A stretch of 64,000 nucleotides of DNA from a virus, in the IMG/VR virus record IMGVR_UViG_3300043438_001221. One strand, given 5' to 3'. Under the pieces are notes generated by a model. It was given only the letters and a program-made list of their open reading frames with translations. It was not told where the DNA came from and did no database searches. The position numbers and the translations under genes were made by a program. This document shows, one piece after another, positions 63,644 through 64,000 of the stretch (the first letter of the stretch is position 1; every line of letters begins with the position of its first letter).

Positions 63644-64000
63644 TTATCTCACCTCTTTCTTGGGGCAATCGTTCCCTCTCAATTCCCACGATTCCGACCA
63701 TTTGGAAAGTGCTTGGGAAAACGCTTTCTCTTCCGCATCCATGCCTTTCTTCCAAGACCAATCAGCCACGGTTTCGCTTGGAGAATTGCCAAGCACGATA
63801 TAAAGGCTGTATGATTCGTCTCCTTTCACCATCCGCAACCATCCTTCGTCACATTCGCACGCTTTATCCGCCATTTGCTTTGTTGTGCCAAGCTTGATCG
63901 AATCCTCGCCATTTGAGGCGATCACGGTATCATATCCCGCTTTTTTCATGTGTGAAATGAGCGAGCGAACCACTTTTTCCCAATCGTTGATGTATTTTTT
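63644..64000 (-). CDS. hypothetical protein (start probably beyond the window edge)
   Basis: ORF ending in the motif at 63637-63646. Confidence 0.6.
   Translation of the reverse strand, partial: KKYINDWEKVVRSLISHMKKAGYDTVIASNGEDSIKLGTTKQMADKACECDEGWLRMVKGDESYSLYIVLGNSPSETVADWSWKKGMDAEEKAFSQALSKWSESWELRGNDCPKKEVR

Larger units (their letters stand above)
57542..63646 (-). repeat. dispersed TAAAAACTA(G/A) promoter/boundary motif, 21 copies
   Basis: Copies at 57542, 58873, 59362, 59551, 59903, 60109, 60385, 60717, 61137, 61553, 61720, 61829, 62077, 62272, 62419, 62650, 62887, 63051, 63260, 63485, 63637. Further copies at 52084, 54820, 55213 and 55731 (+). Confidence 0.9.

Noticed and set aside
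57542-63646. CRISPR array or integron attC array
   Set aside because: The repeat is only about 10 bp, spacing is irregular (about 100-1300 bp), the intervals are intact ORFs, there is no attC-type palindrome, and no cas or integrase gene is in the window
57542-63646. Similarity of TAAAAACTA(A/G) to the preQ1-I riboswitch 3' tail
   Set aside because: No upstream P1 stem-loop; the fixed spacing to a -10 box and start codon fits a DNA promoter element
1-64000. Stop-codon reassignment
   Set aside because: Core genes are full length in the standard code, and TAA, TAG and TGA all end genes

Overview
A 64 kb segment of a large T4-like myophage genome. The host is not determinable from this window. 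Nt 1-50,600 (AT-rich) hold the head module (gp4, gp21, gp22, gp23, gp20 portal), neck, tail and baseplate genes (gp13, gp15, split gp5), a 1001-aa fibre-like protein, nucleotide metabolism (nrdA, nrdB, thyX), phoH, GroES, ClpP, an M15 endolysin, two homing endonucleases, a DNA methyltransferase, and about 9 glycosyl/methyltransferases. Nt 50,650-54,570 hold 11 tRNA or tRNA-like genes in two minus-strand clusters. Nt 57,540-64,000 are a more GC-rich minus-strand array of tiny single-gene cassettes, each headed by TAAAAACTAG-NN-(-10 box). Main finding: a candidate trp-style transcription attenuator upstream of the 7-tRNA operon. Eleven consecutive codons of its 20-codon leader are read by exactly those seven tRNAs, and it is followed by mutually exclusive antiterminator and terminator helices. 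Also notable: three small ORFs resembling fragments of the phage's own major capsid protein, mostly leaderless transcription, a 174-nt tRNA-mimic RNA, and tRNA-Lys/Asn with long variable arms. All functional calls come from motif recognition by eye; no database search was run.
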